DNA of 64,000 bases, taken from positions 11,448 through 75,447 of the forward strand of contig JADFZS010000002.1 of the NCBI GenBank assembly GCA_015232405.1, given 5' to 3'. Below are positions 8,728 to 18,162 of this stretch, piece by piece. This DNA is from Magnetococcales bacterium. GTDB lineage: Bacteria > Pseudomonadota > Magnetococcia > Magnetococcales > JADFYX01. The notes beneath the pieces were generated by a model. That model searched no databases. It was not told the DNA's origin and saw only the letters and a list, made by a program, of their open reading frames with translations. Both the position numbers and the translations under genes were made by a program. How positions within the stretch are numbered: position 1 is the stretch's first letter; the number at the start of each line of letters is the position of its first letter.

Positions 8728-10227
8728 CTATTCAACCTCAAGCTTGATACTGCCAGGACGTTCTGATTTTCCTGATGGATTTGTATATTTGTCGTTCAAG
8801 CTCTGAACAAATACATCGGTCTTCTTAAGAACACTCTGAATAGTACGTTTGGAGCCAGAAAATGGTCCCCAACCAGCTGGTTTGGTGCTAAACACAGAGC
8901 GCCATGGCTTGGTGTTGTAGACAAAGGCATTACCAACGTACTCTCTGATATCATCACTATCGACTGTTTGCTCGATCTCTCTTTTAAATTTGTTGATGGC
9001 AATTTTCCGTAAGCGAAGGTGGATGAATCCAGCAAGGCCACCAGTACCAACAGCAAGTAGACCTACAACAATTTTTTTCCATAACTCTGTATCAGCAGAT
9101 AACCAGTGCTGGTAATGGAGCCATTGCATAACATTGATATCATTTTTCAACAGAATAGTCGCCAGAATCGCTCCTAATATACCAAATACCACGGCATCAG
9201 AGATCAACACCTGCTTGCGCCATCTGGTTAACAGAACCCTGATTCTTGGGACAACCTCTTCTTCGATAACTTTTGCAGTATGCTCAAGTACGCCGATGAT
9301 CCTATAAGCCCGTTCTACCTCGACCTTGTTCACACGGTCGGTGATCTCTCCCATATCCTCAGCTCTTTTACTTTCGTAACGTTTTTTTGTGAACTCATCA
9401 TCAATTGGTGGTGCGGCATCCAGGTTGTAGATCTGATAAAAACGTCCAGCAGTTAAACCTGCTTGGGATAGTGCTCGTTGCCATGCAGCAACAACATCTT
9501 CCAAGTTGTCTTCTTGGACGGTACAGTCAACCTGGTTGAGGATGAAGAGAAACTTGTTGGCGTCCGAACGGTGGATGGTGTTTTTTACAAGATGTTCCAA
9601 TGTATCACGCATTGCACCTGGTTCTGGGTGTCTGGCATCAAAAAATACCAATACCAAGTCAGAGAGCTTCATCATGTCATCGGTAATACGTAGGGTGGCA
9701 TCTCTCTGGGCATCGGCATCAAAACCTGGTGAGTCGATGAAGATTTTTCCTCTTAAAAACTCAGTCTGGCAGGTTTTAAGTTGGAGGTAGGAGTCTATAC
9801 GTTTACCTTCACCAACACTCACCCGTTCTATCTCTTGGCTAATGTTATAAAATGGGAAGCGTGGATCAGCATCTAATGCCAAACCGGGTAGGGTTCTGGC
9901 CTCTTGTTCTTCGGAGAAGCAGATAACGGTGAATTTATCGTCAACAGCCTGATTGCCAGTTCTTTGTAATTCCTGGGAGAGAAAAGAGTTGATAAACGTG
10001 GATTTACCTGAAGAATAGGTTCCCAGAATAGAAACCATTGGCCACCATGTAACCCTAGTGGTAAATGAGTCAGTATTTGGCAAAATACCCATTTTATACG
10101 CGATGTTATCAAGGTCGCGGAAACTTTTTACTGCTCCTAGTAGTAGAGTCTTGTTCTCCTGTTTTAGATGCTTCGATAAATTGTCTACTCTGCGCTTAAT
10201 TTGGTTGCTTGAACGGTTGAACATCAA
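8728..10227 (-). CDS. Dynamin-superfamily GTPase (EHD-like G domain) with a C-terminal membrane hairpin
   Basis: P-loop GTYSSGKSTFINSFL, G3 IDSPGFDA and G4-like NQVD. Two hydrophobic helices lie near the C-terminus: AVVFGILGAILATILL and IVVGLLAVGTGGLAGFIHL. Confidence 0.7.
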   Translation of the reverse strand: MMFNRSSNQIKRRVDNLSKHLKQENKTLLLGAVKSFRDLDNIAYKMGILPNTDSFTTRVTWWPMVSILGTYSSGKSTFINSFLSQELQRTGNQAVDDKFTVICFSEEQEARTLPGLALDADPRFPFYNISQEIERVSVGEGKRIDSYLQLKTCQTEFLRGKIFIDSPGFDADAQRDATLRITDDMMKLSDLVLVFFDARHPEPGAMRDTLEHLVKNTIHRSDANKFLFILNQVDCTVQEDNLEDVVAAWQRALSQAGLTAGRFYQIYNLDAAPPIDDEFTKKRYESKRAEDMGEITDRVNKVEVERAYRIIGVLEHTAKVIEEEVVPRIRVLLTRWRKQVLISDAVVFGILGAILATILLKNDINVMQWLHYQHWLSADTELWKKIVVGLLAVGTGGLAGFIHLRLRKIAINKFKREIEQTVDSDDIREYVGNAFVYNTKPWRSVFSTKPAGWGPFSGSKRTIQSVLKKTDVFVQSLNDKYTNPSGKSERPGSIKLEVE

Positions 10228-10316
10228 TAGGCTCCTGAAAAAATATAAAAAAAGAGTAGGTCATCCACGTATTTTTAGTATAGGCTTCACACATAGTATA
10301 AAGAATGCTATCATCA

Positions 10317-10360
10317 ATTTCTCTTATAACTGAGAAATGGTATGGTCGATTTCTCTTATA
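10317..10360. promoter_or_regulatory. Direct repeat pair plus inverted half-site in the divergent dynamin-like/gltA promoter region (candidate operator)
   Basis: ATTTCTCTTATA occurs at 10317-10328 and again at 10349-10360, a 32-bp spacing. GAGAAAT at 10333-10339 is the inverted complement of the first 7 nt. Confidence 0.3.
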
Positions 10361-10394
10361 CATATTATTCTAGAACAAAAAACGAGGTAATGCC

Positions 10395-11690
10395 ATGGCT
10401 GGAGATAGTTTATTAGTAAAAGATAGCAGGACAGGTAAAGAAATCACTCTTCCCATTATACAGGGTACAGATGGGCCACCTGTAGTAGATATTGCCCAAA
10501 TATCGAAACAGTTAGGGCTTTTTACCATTGATCCCGGATTTCGATCCACAGCATCATGTCAAAGTAAAATAACATTTATTGATGGTGATAAAGGTGTTTT
10601 GTTATACCGTGGATACCCAATAGACCAGTTAGCAGAAAAAAGTAACTTTTTGGAGGTCTGCTATCTTTTGGCAAGGGGTGAACTACCAAATAGAGAACAG
10701 TTTCTAGAATATGAGCGAATTGTTACTGACCATACTATGGTCCATGAACAGCTGCTCAACTCCTTTAAAGGTTATCGTCGAGATGCCCACCCCATGGCTA
10801 TTATGGTAGGTGTTGTGGGTGCGTTATCGGCCTTTTATCATGACTCACTAGACATCCATAACCCCAGACACCGGGAAATTTCAGAATTCCGTCTGATTGC
10901 AAAAATCCCGACCATTGCTGCGGCTTCATACAAATATTCAATTGGTCAGCCATTTATCTATCCCAAGAATGAACTGAGTTACACAGAGAACTTTTTACGT
11001 ATGTTGTTCAAGGTTCCCACAGAGAAATTTGAGATGTCCCCAGTTTTGATCAAAGCCATGGACCAAATATTTATTCTCCATGCTGATCATGAACAAAACG
11101 CCTCAACATCAACTGTGCGTCTTGCTGGTTCTTCACAGGCCAACCCATTTGCTGCTATCTCTGCTGGCATTGGTGCTCTTTGGGGGCCTGCCCATGGTGG
11201 AGCCAACGAAGCAGTTTTGAAAATGCTCAATGAAATTGGTGATGTATCCCATGTTCCTGAGTATATAAAAAGGGCCAAAGATCCCAACGACCCATTCCGT
11301 CTCATGGGCTTTGGTCACCGGGTCTATAAAAACTATGATCCACGGGCCACTGTTCTTAAGCAGGCTTGCCATGATGTTCTCAATGAGCTTGGTCAACAAA
11401 ATAGCCCACTGTTTAAACTGGCTCTTGAGTTGGAGAGAATCGCCACTGAAGATGAATATTTTGTTGAGAAGAAACTTTATCCAAATGTTGATTTCTATTC
11501 CGGTATTATTCAATCTGCCATCGGTATTCCTGAAAATATGTTCACAGTTATCTTTTCCGTTGCCAGAACCGTCGGCTGGATAACCCAGTGGAGTGAAATG
11601 ATCAGTGGCGGAGAGGCCATTGGTCGTCCTCGCCAGCTCTATACTGGTGCTCCTCGACGGGATTATGTAAGTATCGAAAATAGAAGTTAA
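10395..11690 (+). CDS. gltA: Citrate synthase (type II)
   Basis: 431 aa. Contains [51 protein letters not shown] and [14 protein letters not shown]. Confidence 0.95.
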   Translation: MAGDSLLVKDSRTGKEITLPIIQGTDGPPVVDIAQISKQLGLFTIDPGFRSTASCQSKITFIDGDKGVLLYRGYPIDQLAEKSNFLEVCYLLARGELPNREQFLEYERIVTDHTMVHEQLLNSFKGYRRDAHPMAIMVGVVGALSAFYHDSLDIHNPRHREISEFRLIAKIPTIAAASYKYSIGQPFIYPKNELSYTENFLRMLFKVPTEKFEMSPVLIKAMDQIFILHADHEQNASTSTVRLAGSSQANPFAAISAGIGALWGPAHGGANEAVLKMLNEIGDVSHVPEYIKRAKDPNDPFRLMGFGHRVYKNYDPRATVLKQACHDVLNELGQQNSPLFKLALELERIATEDEYFVEKKLYPNVDFYSGIIQSAIGIPENMFTVIFSVARTVGWITQWSEMISGGEAIGRPRQLYTGAPRRDYVSIENRS

Positions 11691-11749
11691 TGCAGTTTTT
11701 TTCCCGGTAGTATTGACACTTGCCCTTTGAGACTTCATATTTCCATAAA

Positions 11750-11787
11750 GGTGGGTTCTTGAGTTTTGTTAACTTCAAGAACCCACC
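11750..11787 (+). terminator. Perfect 13-bp stem hairpin downstream of gltA
   Basis: GGTGGGTTCTTGA-12 nt loop-TCAAGAACCCACC lies 60 nt after the gltA stop. Only a short, displaced T-run follows, so intrinsic termination is uncertain. Confidence 0.45.
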
Positions 11788-11897
11788 GGGATATATTTTC
11801 AAACATGTTGCAACTTTCATGGTCTACAAAAAAGCCAATTTAACAAAGCTTTAGAGTTATGTAAGTGCAGCTTAGGAGTGTGGCAGGAGTTGGAATA

Positions 11898-13595
11898 GTG
11901 GAACTGACGGGCGCAAAAATTGTTATTCAGAGTTTGCTCGACCTGGGGGTTGAAACAGTATTTGGCTACCCAGGTGGAGCAGTTCTTTATATATATGACG
12001 AGATATATAAAGAGAAAAAATTAACCCATATATTAACCAGACATGAGCAGGGTGCTCTCCATGCTGCTGATGGTTTCTCCAGGGTTACAGGTGAGGTTGG
12101 TGTTGCCATAGTAACCTCTGGCCCAGGTGCAACCAACGCTGTGACAGGTCTTGCCACGGCTTATATGGACTCCATACCTTTAGTATGTATAACCGGGCAG
12201 GTTCCGGTTCCTCTTATTGGTAATGATGCTTTCCAAGAGGCTGATATTGTCGGTATCACTCGCTCTTGTACCAAGCATAATTTTTTGGTCAAAGATGTTA
12301 AAGATCTAGCTCGCATTATTCGTGAGGCTTTTCATATTGCCAAAACTGGTCGTCCCGGACCTGTACTAGTCGATATCCCCAAAGATATTACCATACATAA
12401 GTGTGAATATGTACACACCGATAGTGATGTTAACATCCGCTCTTACAAGCCAAACCTAAAGGGCCATATTGGTCAGATAAAACGGGCGATCACCCTTCTT
12501 AAAGCCTCTAAAAGGCCCATGATCTATACCGGTGGTGGTGTGGTTCTGTCCGATGCCCACAAAGAGCTGTTTGAATTTACCAGCATTATGAATGCTCCCA
12601 TAACCAACACTCTAATGGGTTTGGGGGCTTATCCAGCTAGTGATGGCAGGTTTGTCGGAATGCTTGGTATGCACGGTACATATGAAGCCAATATGGCAGT
12701 CTCCCACTGTGATTTGTTAATTGCTATTGGTTCCCGTTTTGATGATCGGGTTACTGGTAAGTTGGAGGAGTTTGCCCCTGATGCCAAAATTATTCATATA
12801 GATGTTGATCCCACTTCCATTTCAAAAAATGTCAATGTGGATGTCCCTATAGTTGGAGATGTTAAGTTGGTTTTGGAGAAAATAAACCAGCTTATCTCCA
12901 CAGCCAGTTTCAAGAAGAGCAAACCCGACCTCTCTGATTGGTGGGAGATGGTTGAAACATGGCGGAAAAAAGATAGCCTTGCTTATAGCCAGGGGGAGTC
13001 AGCAATTGAGGCACAGTATGTTATCCAAACATTGTGCGAGTTGACCAAGGGTGAAGCAATTGTGGCAACAGATGTGGGACAACATCAGATGTGGGCCGCA
13101 CAGTTTTATAACTTTGAAAAACCTCGGCGTTGGGTAACCTCTGGTGGTCTTGGGACCATGGGTTTTGGTCTACCTGCTGCTTTGGGTGCCCAAGTCGCCA
13201 AACCCAACGATAAGGTTGTTGTTATTACTGGTGATGGTTCAATCCAGATGAATATCCAAGAGTTGGCAACATGTCTTCAATACAAACTTCCTGTTGTTAT
13301 TGTCATATTGAACAACGGCTTTTTGGGTATGGTGCGACAGTGGCAGGAGTTTTTCTATGAGCGTCGTTATGCTGAAACAGATATGATGTCTCACCAACCC
13401 GATTTTGTGAAACTGGCGGAAGCATACAATGCTCTTGGCTTAAGGGCTAAACTACCCAATGAGGTGGAGCCGGTACTCAAAGAGGCTTTGGCAAGTGATA
13501 GATGCGTTATTGTTGATATACATACCCGGCCTGAGGGCAACGTCTACCCAATGGTACCTGCTGGTGCGGCTCTTAACGATATGATTTTGCTGTAG
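11898..13595 (+). CDS. ilvB: Acetolactate synthase (acetohydroxy-acid synthase) large subunit
   Basis: Contains GAKIVIQSLLDLGVETVFGYPGG and the ThDP motif GDGSIQMNIQELAT...NNGFLGMVRQWQ. I place the start at GTG 11898, preceded by AGGAG. The tracked ORF begins at GTG 11865, so the start is uncertain by 11 codons. Confidence 0.92.
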   Translation: MELTGAKIVIQSLLDLGVETVFGYPGGAVLYIYDEIYKEKKLTHILTRHEQGALHAADGFSRVTGEVGVAIVTSGPGATNAVTGLATAYMDSIPLVCITGQVPVPLIGNDAFQEADIVGITRSCTKHNFLVKDVKDLARIIREAFHIAKTGRPGPVLVDIPKDITIHKCEYVHTDSDVNIRSYKPNLKGHIGQIKRAITLLKASKRPMIYTGGGVVLSDAHKELFEFTSIMNAPITNTLMGLGAYPASDGRFVGMLGMHGTYEANMAVSHCDLLIAIGSRFDDRVTGKLEEFAPDAKIIHIDVDPTSISKNVNVDVPIVGDVKLVLEKINQLISTASFKKSKPDLSDWWEMVETWRKKDSLAYSQGESAIEAQYVIQTLCELTKGEAIVATDVGQHQMWAAQFYNFEKPRRWVTSGGLGTMGFGLPAALGAQVAKPNDKVVVITGDGSIQMNIQELATCLQYKLPVVIVILNNGFLGMVRQWQEFFYERRYAETDMMSHQPDFVKLAEAYNALGLRAKLPNEVEPVLKEALASDRCVIVDIHTRPEGNVYPMVPAGAALNDMILL

Positions 13596-13608
13596 GTGGA
13601 ACAAAAAA

Positions 13609-14103
13609 ATGCGACACATAATTTCTGTTCTTGTTGAGAATGAGTCGGGTGTATTATCACGAGTAGCCGGACTGTTTTCAGCTAGAGGTTTTAATATTGA
13701 GAGCTTGACTGTGGCTCCTGTTGGCGATGAAGAGACATCACGAATCACCTTGGTTTCCATAGGTGAAGATCATATCATTGAGCAGATTCTAAAACAGCTC
13801 AACAAATTGATTCCGGTTCTCCATGTGGCTGATTTGACAGATGGACCCCATGTTGAGAGGGAATTGATGTTGGTGAAGGTTACCGCTGAGCAGTCACAGC
13901 GGGCGGAGATACTGCGTATTGCCGATATTTTTCGTTCCCGAGTTGTGGATGCGACACCATCTACATTTACAATTGAAGTGACTGGTGATAGCGGCAAATT
14001 GGACGCATGTTTATCTCTATTAATACCCTTGGGGGTTACAGAGATGGTTCGCACCGGACAGGTTGCCTTGAGCCGTGGTGATAAAGGGCTGGTTAAAAGT
14101 TAA
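13609..14103 (+). CDS. ilvN: Acetolactate synthase small (regulatory, ACT-domain) subunit
   Basis: 164 aa. Begins MRHIISVLVENESGVLSRVAGLFSARGFNIESLTV, directly after the large subunit. Confidence 0.93.
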   Translation: MRHIISVLVENESGVLSRVAGLFSARGFNIESLTVAPVGDEETSRITLVSIGEDHIIEQILKQLNKLIPVLHVADLTDGPHVERELMLVKVTAEQSQRAEILRIADIFRSRVVDATPSTFTIEVTGDSGKLDACLSLLIPLGVTEMVRTGQVALSRGDKGLVKS

Positions 14104-14122
14104 GCCGTACATTGTTTATTAG

Positions 14123-15268
<1,146 letters not shown>

Positions 15269-15451
15269 TCTGGCTATGAACCTGATCAAGGCAGTTGTAG
15301 TTAGGATAACGGCGTGATCTATGGGTGTTTTTAGAGTGTGAGGTGAGGATGTTTGCGGCTTGTTTTTACTTCATATACCAAATTAATCTGTAGATTGTGT
15401 ATGATCCATCCATACTGTAGCTATTTGTAGGTTGAACAAAAGGAGCTTTTG

Positions 15452-16108
15452 ATGGCGTTGCGTAGTCCGGTAGCTAGTGAGGGTATTCCCTTTATCGTTT
15501 TGTTTATATCGATAGCTGGTTTGGGAACGATATTTATCGAATCACTACCGATAATTAATGTGGCTTTATGGATTTTGGCTGGTTGGTGTATCTGGTTTTT
15601 CCGTGATCCTGATCGCGAAACCCCCAAAATTCCTGGGGGAGTGATTGCTCCGGCAGATGGTCGTGTGGTTGCAATCGAAGAGGTGACTGCTGCCCCGTTG
15701 TCTGGTGAACCAGCTAGAAAATTCTCAATATTTATGAATGTTTTCAATGTTCATGTTAACCGTTCTCCCATGGCTGGAAAAATTACCGATCTGGCTTACC
15801 ACCAAGGGCGTTTTGTCAATGCAGCTTTGGATAAGGCATCCATTGAAAATGAGAGAATGGAGATTCTTTTAACCCTGGAAAATGGTGTAAAACTACCATT
15901 TGTTCAGGTGGCAGGTCTTGTTGCTCGTCGTATTGTATGTCGATCTACGGTGGGTGATAACATGGAACCGGGTGAGAGGTTTGGTTTAATCCGTTTTGGC
16001 TCGCGTGTTGATGTATATCTACCCCTTGAAGCTGAGGTAAAAATGGGTCTAGGTGATACAACCATTGCAGGTGAGTCGGTTATTGCACAATTGGAAGGGT
16101 TCTCATAA
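15452..16108 (+). CDS. psd: Phosphatidylserine decarboxylase proenzyme (short type)
   Basis: ATG 15452 is preceded by AGGAG. The self-cleavage region is RFGLIRFGSRVDVYLP. N-terminal TM helices are present. Confidence 0.88.
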   Translation: MALRSPVASEGIPFIVLFISIAGLGTIFIESLPIINVALWILAGWCIWFFRDPDRETPKIPGGVIAPADGRVVAIEEVTAAPLSGEPARKFSIFMNVFNVHVNRSPMAGKITDLAYHQGRFVNAALDKASIENERMEILLTLENGVKLPFVQVAGLVARRIVCRSTVGDNMEPGERFGLIRFGSRVDVYLPLEAEVKMGLGDTTIAGESVIAQLEGFS

Positions 16109-16111
16109 GTC

Positions 16112-16912
16112 GTGACTGAGCCTAAAAGTAAACATAAAGGGGTGTATTTATTTCCCAACCTCTTGACTACAGGAGGTATGTTTTTTGGCTTTTATGCTAT
16201 AATGGCAGCCTTGAGTGGTCAGTTTGAAAATGGTGCCATGGCGATATTGGCTGCCGCTGTTTTTGATTTTTTAGATGGTCGTGTTGCAAGGGCAATGAAT
16301 GCCACATCGGCCTTTGGTAAGGAGTATGACTCTTTAGCCGACTTTCTCTCCTTTGGAATTGCCCCAGCGGTTTTGGTTCATCAATGGGCGTTGGTTCCTT
16401 TCCATCGTGTGGGTTGGGCAGCAGCATTTCTTTTCACAGTTTGTGGTGCGTTGCGCCTAGCCCGGTTTAATGTACAGCACTATACCCAAGATGAACGGGT
16501 CTCCAGCCGTTATTTCCAAGGTTTACCAACTCCGGCAGCAGCCGGAATACTCTGCGCAACAGTACTTTTTTACGTGGAGATGGGTTTTTCCAGTAATGTA
16601 GGTAGCTCTTCCGGGGTGGGGTTGTGGCGTTGGTTGCCTCTATTTTTGGTCTTTACCCTTGGTATTCTCATGGTTAGCTCCATACGTTTTCGTAGTTTTA
16701 AAGATTTTTCCTGGCATCGAAAGCGTCCTTTTCTCTCTCAGGTAGTTGTGGTTGTGTTTTTAGCCATGCTAACCATCCACTTAGCAGTGACAATGTTTGT
16801 TATAAGTCTGGCCTATCTTGCCTCAATAATCCATAGCCATAGGGAGTATCGAAAACTTCTTGCTGAAGGAAAAGAGGTTGAGGAGGATGAGGTGATGGAT
16901 TTGAGTGTGTAA
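16112..16912 (+). CDS. pssA: CDP-diacylglycerol--serine O-phosphatidyltransferase
   Basis: CDP-alcohol phosphatidyltransferase motif DFLDGRVARAMNATSAFGKEYDSLAD, with multiple TM helices. It follows psd. Confidence 0.88.
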   Translation: MTEPKSKHKGVYLFPNLLTTGGMFFGFYAIMAALSGQFENGAMAILAAAVFDFLDGRVARAMNATSAFGKEYDSLADFLSFGIAPAVLVHQWALVPFHRVGWAAAFLFTVCGALRLARFNVQHYTQDERVSSRYFQGLPTPAAAGILCATVLFYVEMGFSSNVGSSSGVGLWRWLPLFLVFTLGILMVSSIRFRSFKDFSWHRKRPFLSQVVVVVFLAMLTIHLAVTMFVISLAYLASIIHSHREYRKLLAEGKEVEEDEVMDLSV

Positions 16913-16943
16913 TGTTTGTCATAGCTGTTTCTCTGACAAATAG

Positions 16944-17110
16944 TTCAACCTAGATTAGGCAGTTGGACGTATGTGAATGGCGCAACATGCTGGTTTAGCT
17001 GCCGTAATAGAAAAAAGTCACCCAATGGGGGGTGAGTTTTTTTCTATTACGGTAGATGAATCAAGAGGTGATGTCAGGTGCGTGCGCACAACTGCCGAAT
17101 CTAGGTTCAA
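16944..17110. repeat. 167-bp non-coding element bounded by 22-bp imperfect terminal inverted repeats (MITE/REP-like), enclosing a long palindrome
   Basis: The left arm is TTCAACCTAGATTAGGCAGTTG (16944-16965). The right arm is CAACTGCCGAATCTAGGTTCAA (17089-17110). They are complementary at 20 of 22 positions. I see no ORF inside and no obvious target-site duplication. Confidence 0.55.
17002..17052. terminator. Bidirectional intrinsic terminator embedded in an extended palindrome (after pssA)
   Basis: CCGTAATAGAAAAAA pairs with TTTTTTCTATTACGG. The inner GC stem is TCACCC-aatggg-GGGTGA, flanked by an A6 run and a T7 run. Confidence 0.7.
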
Positions 17111-17127
17111 ACAGAGGTGTTTAGCAA

Positions 17128-17514
17128 ATGACAGATAGAGTAATAATCTTTGATACCACTCTGAGAGACGGCGAACAATCCCCCGGTGCATCCATGAATG
17201 TGGATGAAAAATTGCGTATCGCCAGATAGCTGGAACGTCTGCAAGTTGATGTCATAGAGGCCGGTTTTCCCATAGCATCCCCAGGTGACTTCGAGGCGGA
17301 AAAAGGTGTTGCCCTCTATCGGGTAGAGGCCATAACAGGTGGTGCTTGTGCCCAAGCCAAAGTGGTTGTAAGGTTGACTAAAGATAAAAAAACAGTGCAG
17401 GGCTTGGGTGCCCATAATGATGTAGTTGAGGCATCGGCCAGTGCATATGTCAATGCTCTTAACCGAATGGTACAAAAGGGCAATAAGCTTGGTCAAAAGC
17501 AAGATGGTGTTTGA
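17128..17514 (+). pseudogene. leuA: 2-isopropylmalate synthase remnant: N-terminal ~56 codons fused to C-terminal ~70 codons, with an in-frame TAG
   Basis: The translation is [56 protein letters not shown], joined directly to EKGVALYRVEAITGG...GLGAHNDVVEASASAYVNALNRMV. The TAG is at 17227-17229. The tracked antisense ORF 17107-17502 is an artefact of this remnant. Confidence 0.8.
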
Positions 17515-17647
17515 TATTGTACAAAAGCAATTAGATTTGGCATGGCTTTTGTAGTACCAATTGGTAACACTAATTTTATCACAATTTTTTAAGGCCTGAG
17601 AGAACCTTAAAAAAGTACAATGATTTCAAGATCGAAGGAGTCTGTCC

Positions 17648-18109
17648 ATGACTATCCGCCGTATCGGAAAAACCGGTAAAACCAATATAAAACCGGTCTC
17701 CACTGGTAAAAATGCTGCAACAAAGGTTGGAGTAGGGGAAAATTTTGCCGATCAACTGGCACATGTTGCCGGAACCAATGGTGTAGAAAGTGTCGAAAGA
17801 ATAACTCCTACAAAAGCGATAAATGATGTTACATCTCAAGGTTCCAAAAATGAACGCCGTGAACAGTTGGAGCAAACAGGGGAGCTTTTGGAGTCACTTG
17901 AGGAGCTAGGTAAAAATTTAGATCCATCTATTCTTATAAAAGATGGAAATGATGATTTGGCTCGTCAAAGATTGAAAGAGACGAGAGATCAAGCACTTAG
18001 AACGCTTTCAGATACTCCGGCCCATAGTGAAGAGCGAGATCTTTTGCACAGAACTGCACTTCTTGCAACAGTGGAACTGGCAAAAAGTGAGCGAGGGGAT
18101 TATAAGTAG
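17648..18109 (+). CDS. FliX-like flagellar assembly regulator (tentative)
   Basis: 153 aa. RBS GAAGGAG lies 7 nt upstream. The pattern VAGTNGVESV...ERREQLEQTGELLESLEELGKNL...ALLATVELAKSER resembles my recollection of alphaproteobacterial FliX. No search was run. Confidence 0.45.
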   Translation: MTIRRIGKTGKTNIKPVSTGKNAATKVGVGENFADQLAHVAGTNGVESVERITPTKAINDVTSQGSKNERREQLEQTGELLESLEELGKNLDPSILIKDGNDDLARQRLKETRDQALRTLSDTPAHSEERDLLHRTALLATVELAKSERGDYK

Positions 18110-18162
18110 GGGGTTAAGTTTAACCTAGCTGCATTTTGCAGCCCCTATAGAAGTAACCCTAA

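Noticed and set aside
11713-11787. Possible ilv leader/attenuator (TTGACA-N17-CATATT followed by a 13-bp hairpin) upstream of ilvB
   Set aside because: The only short ORF in the leader (MLQLSWSTKKPI) is not enriched in Ile/Val/Leu codons, and the hairpin lacks a proper U-tract. It is more simply the gltA 3' hairpin.
17107-17502. Tracked 131-aa minus-strand ORF
   Set aside because: The plus strand here encodes recognisable LeuA N- and C-terminal segments (the pseudogene). The antisense ORF has no recognisable features.
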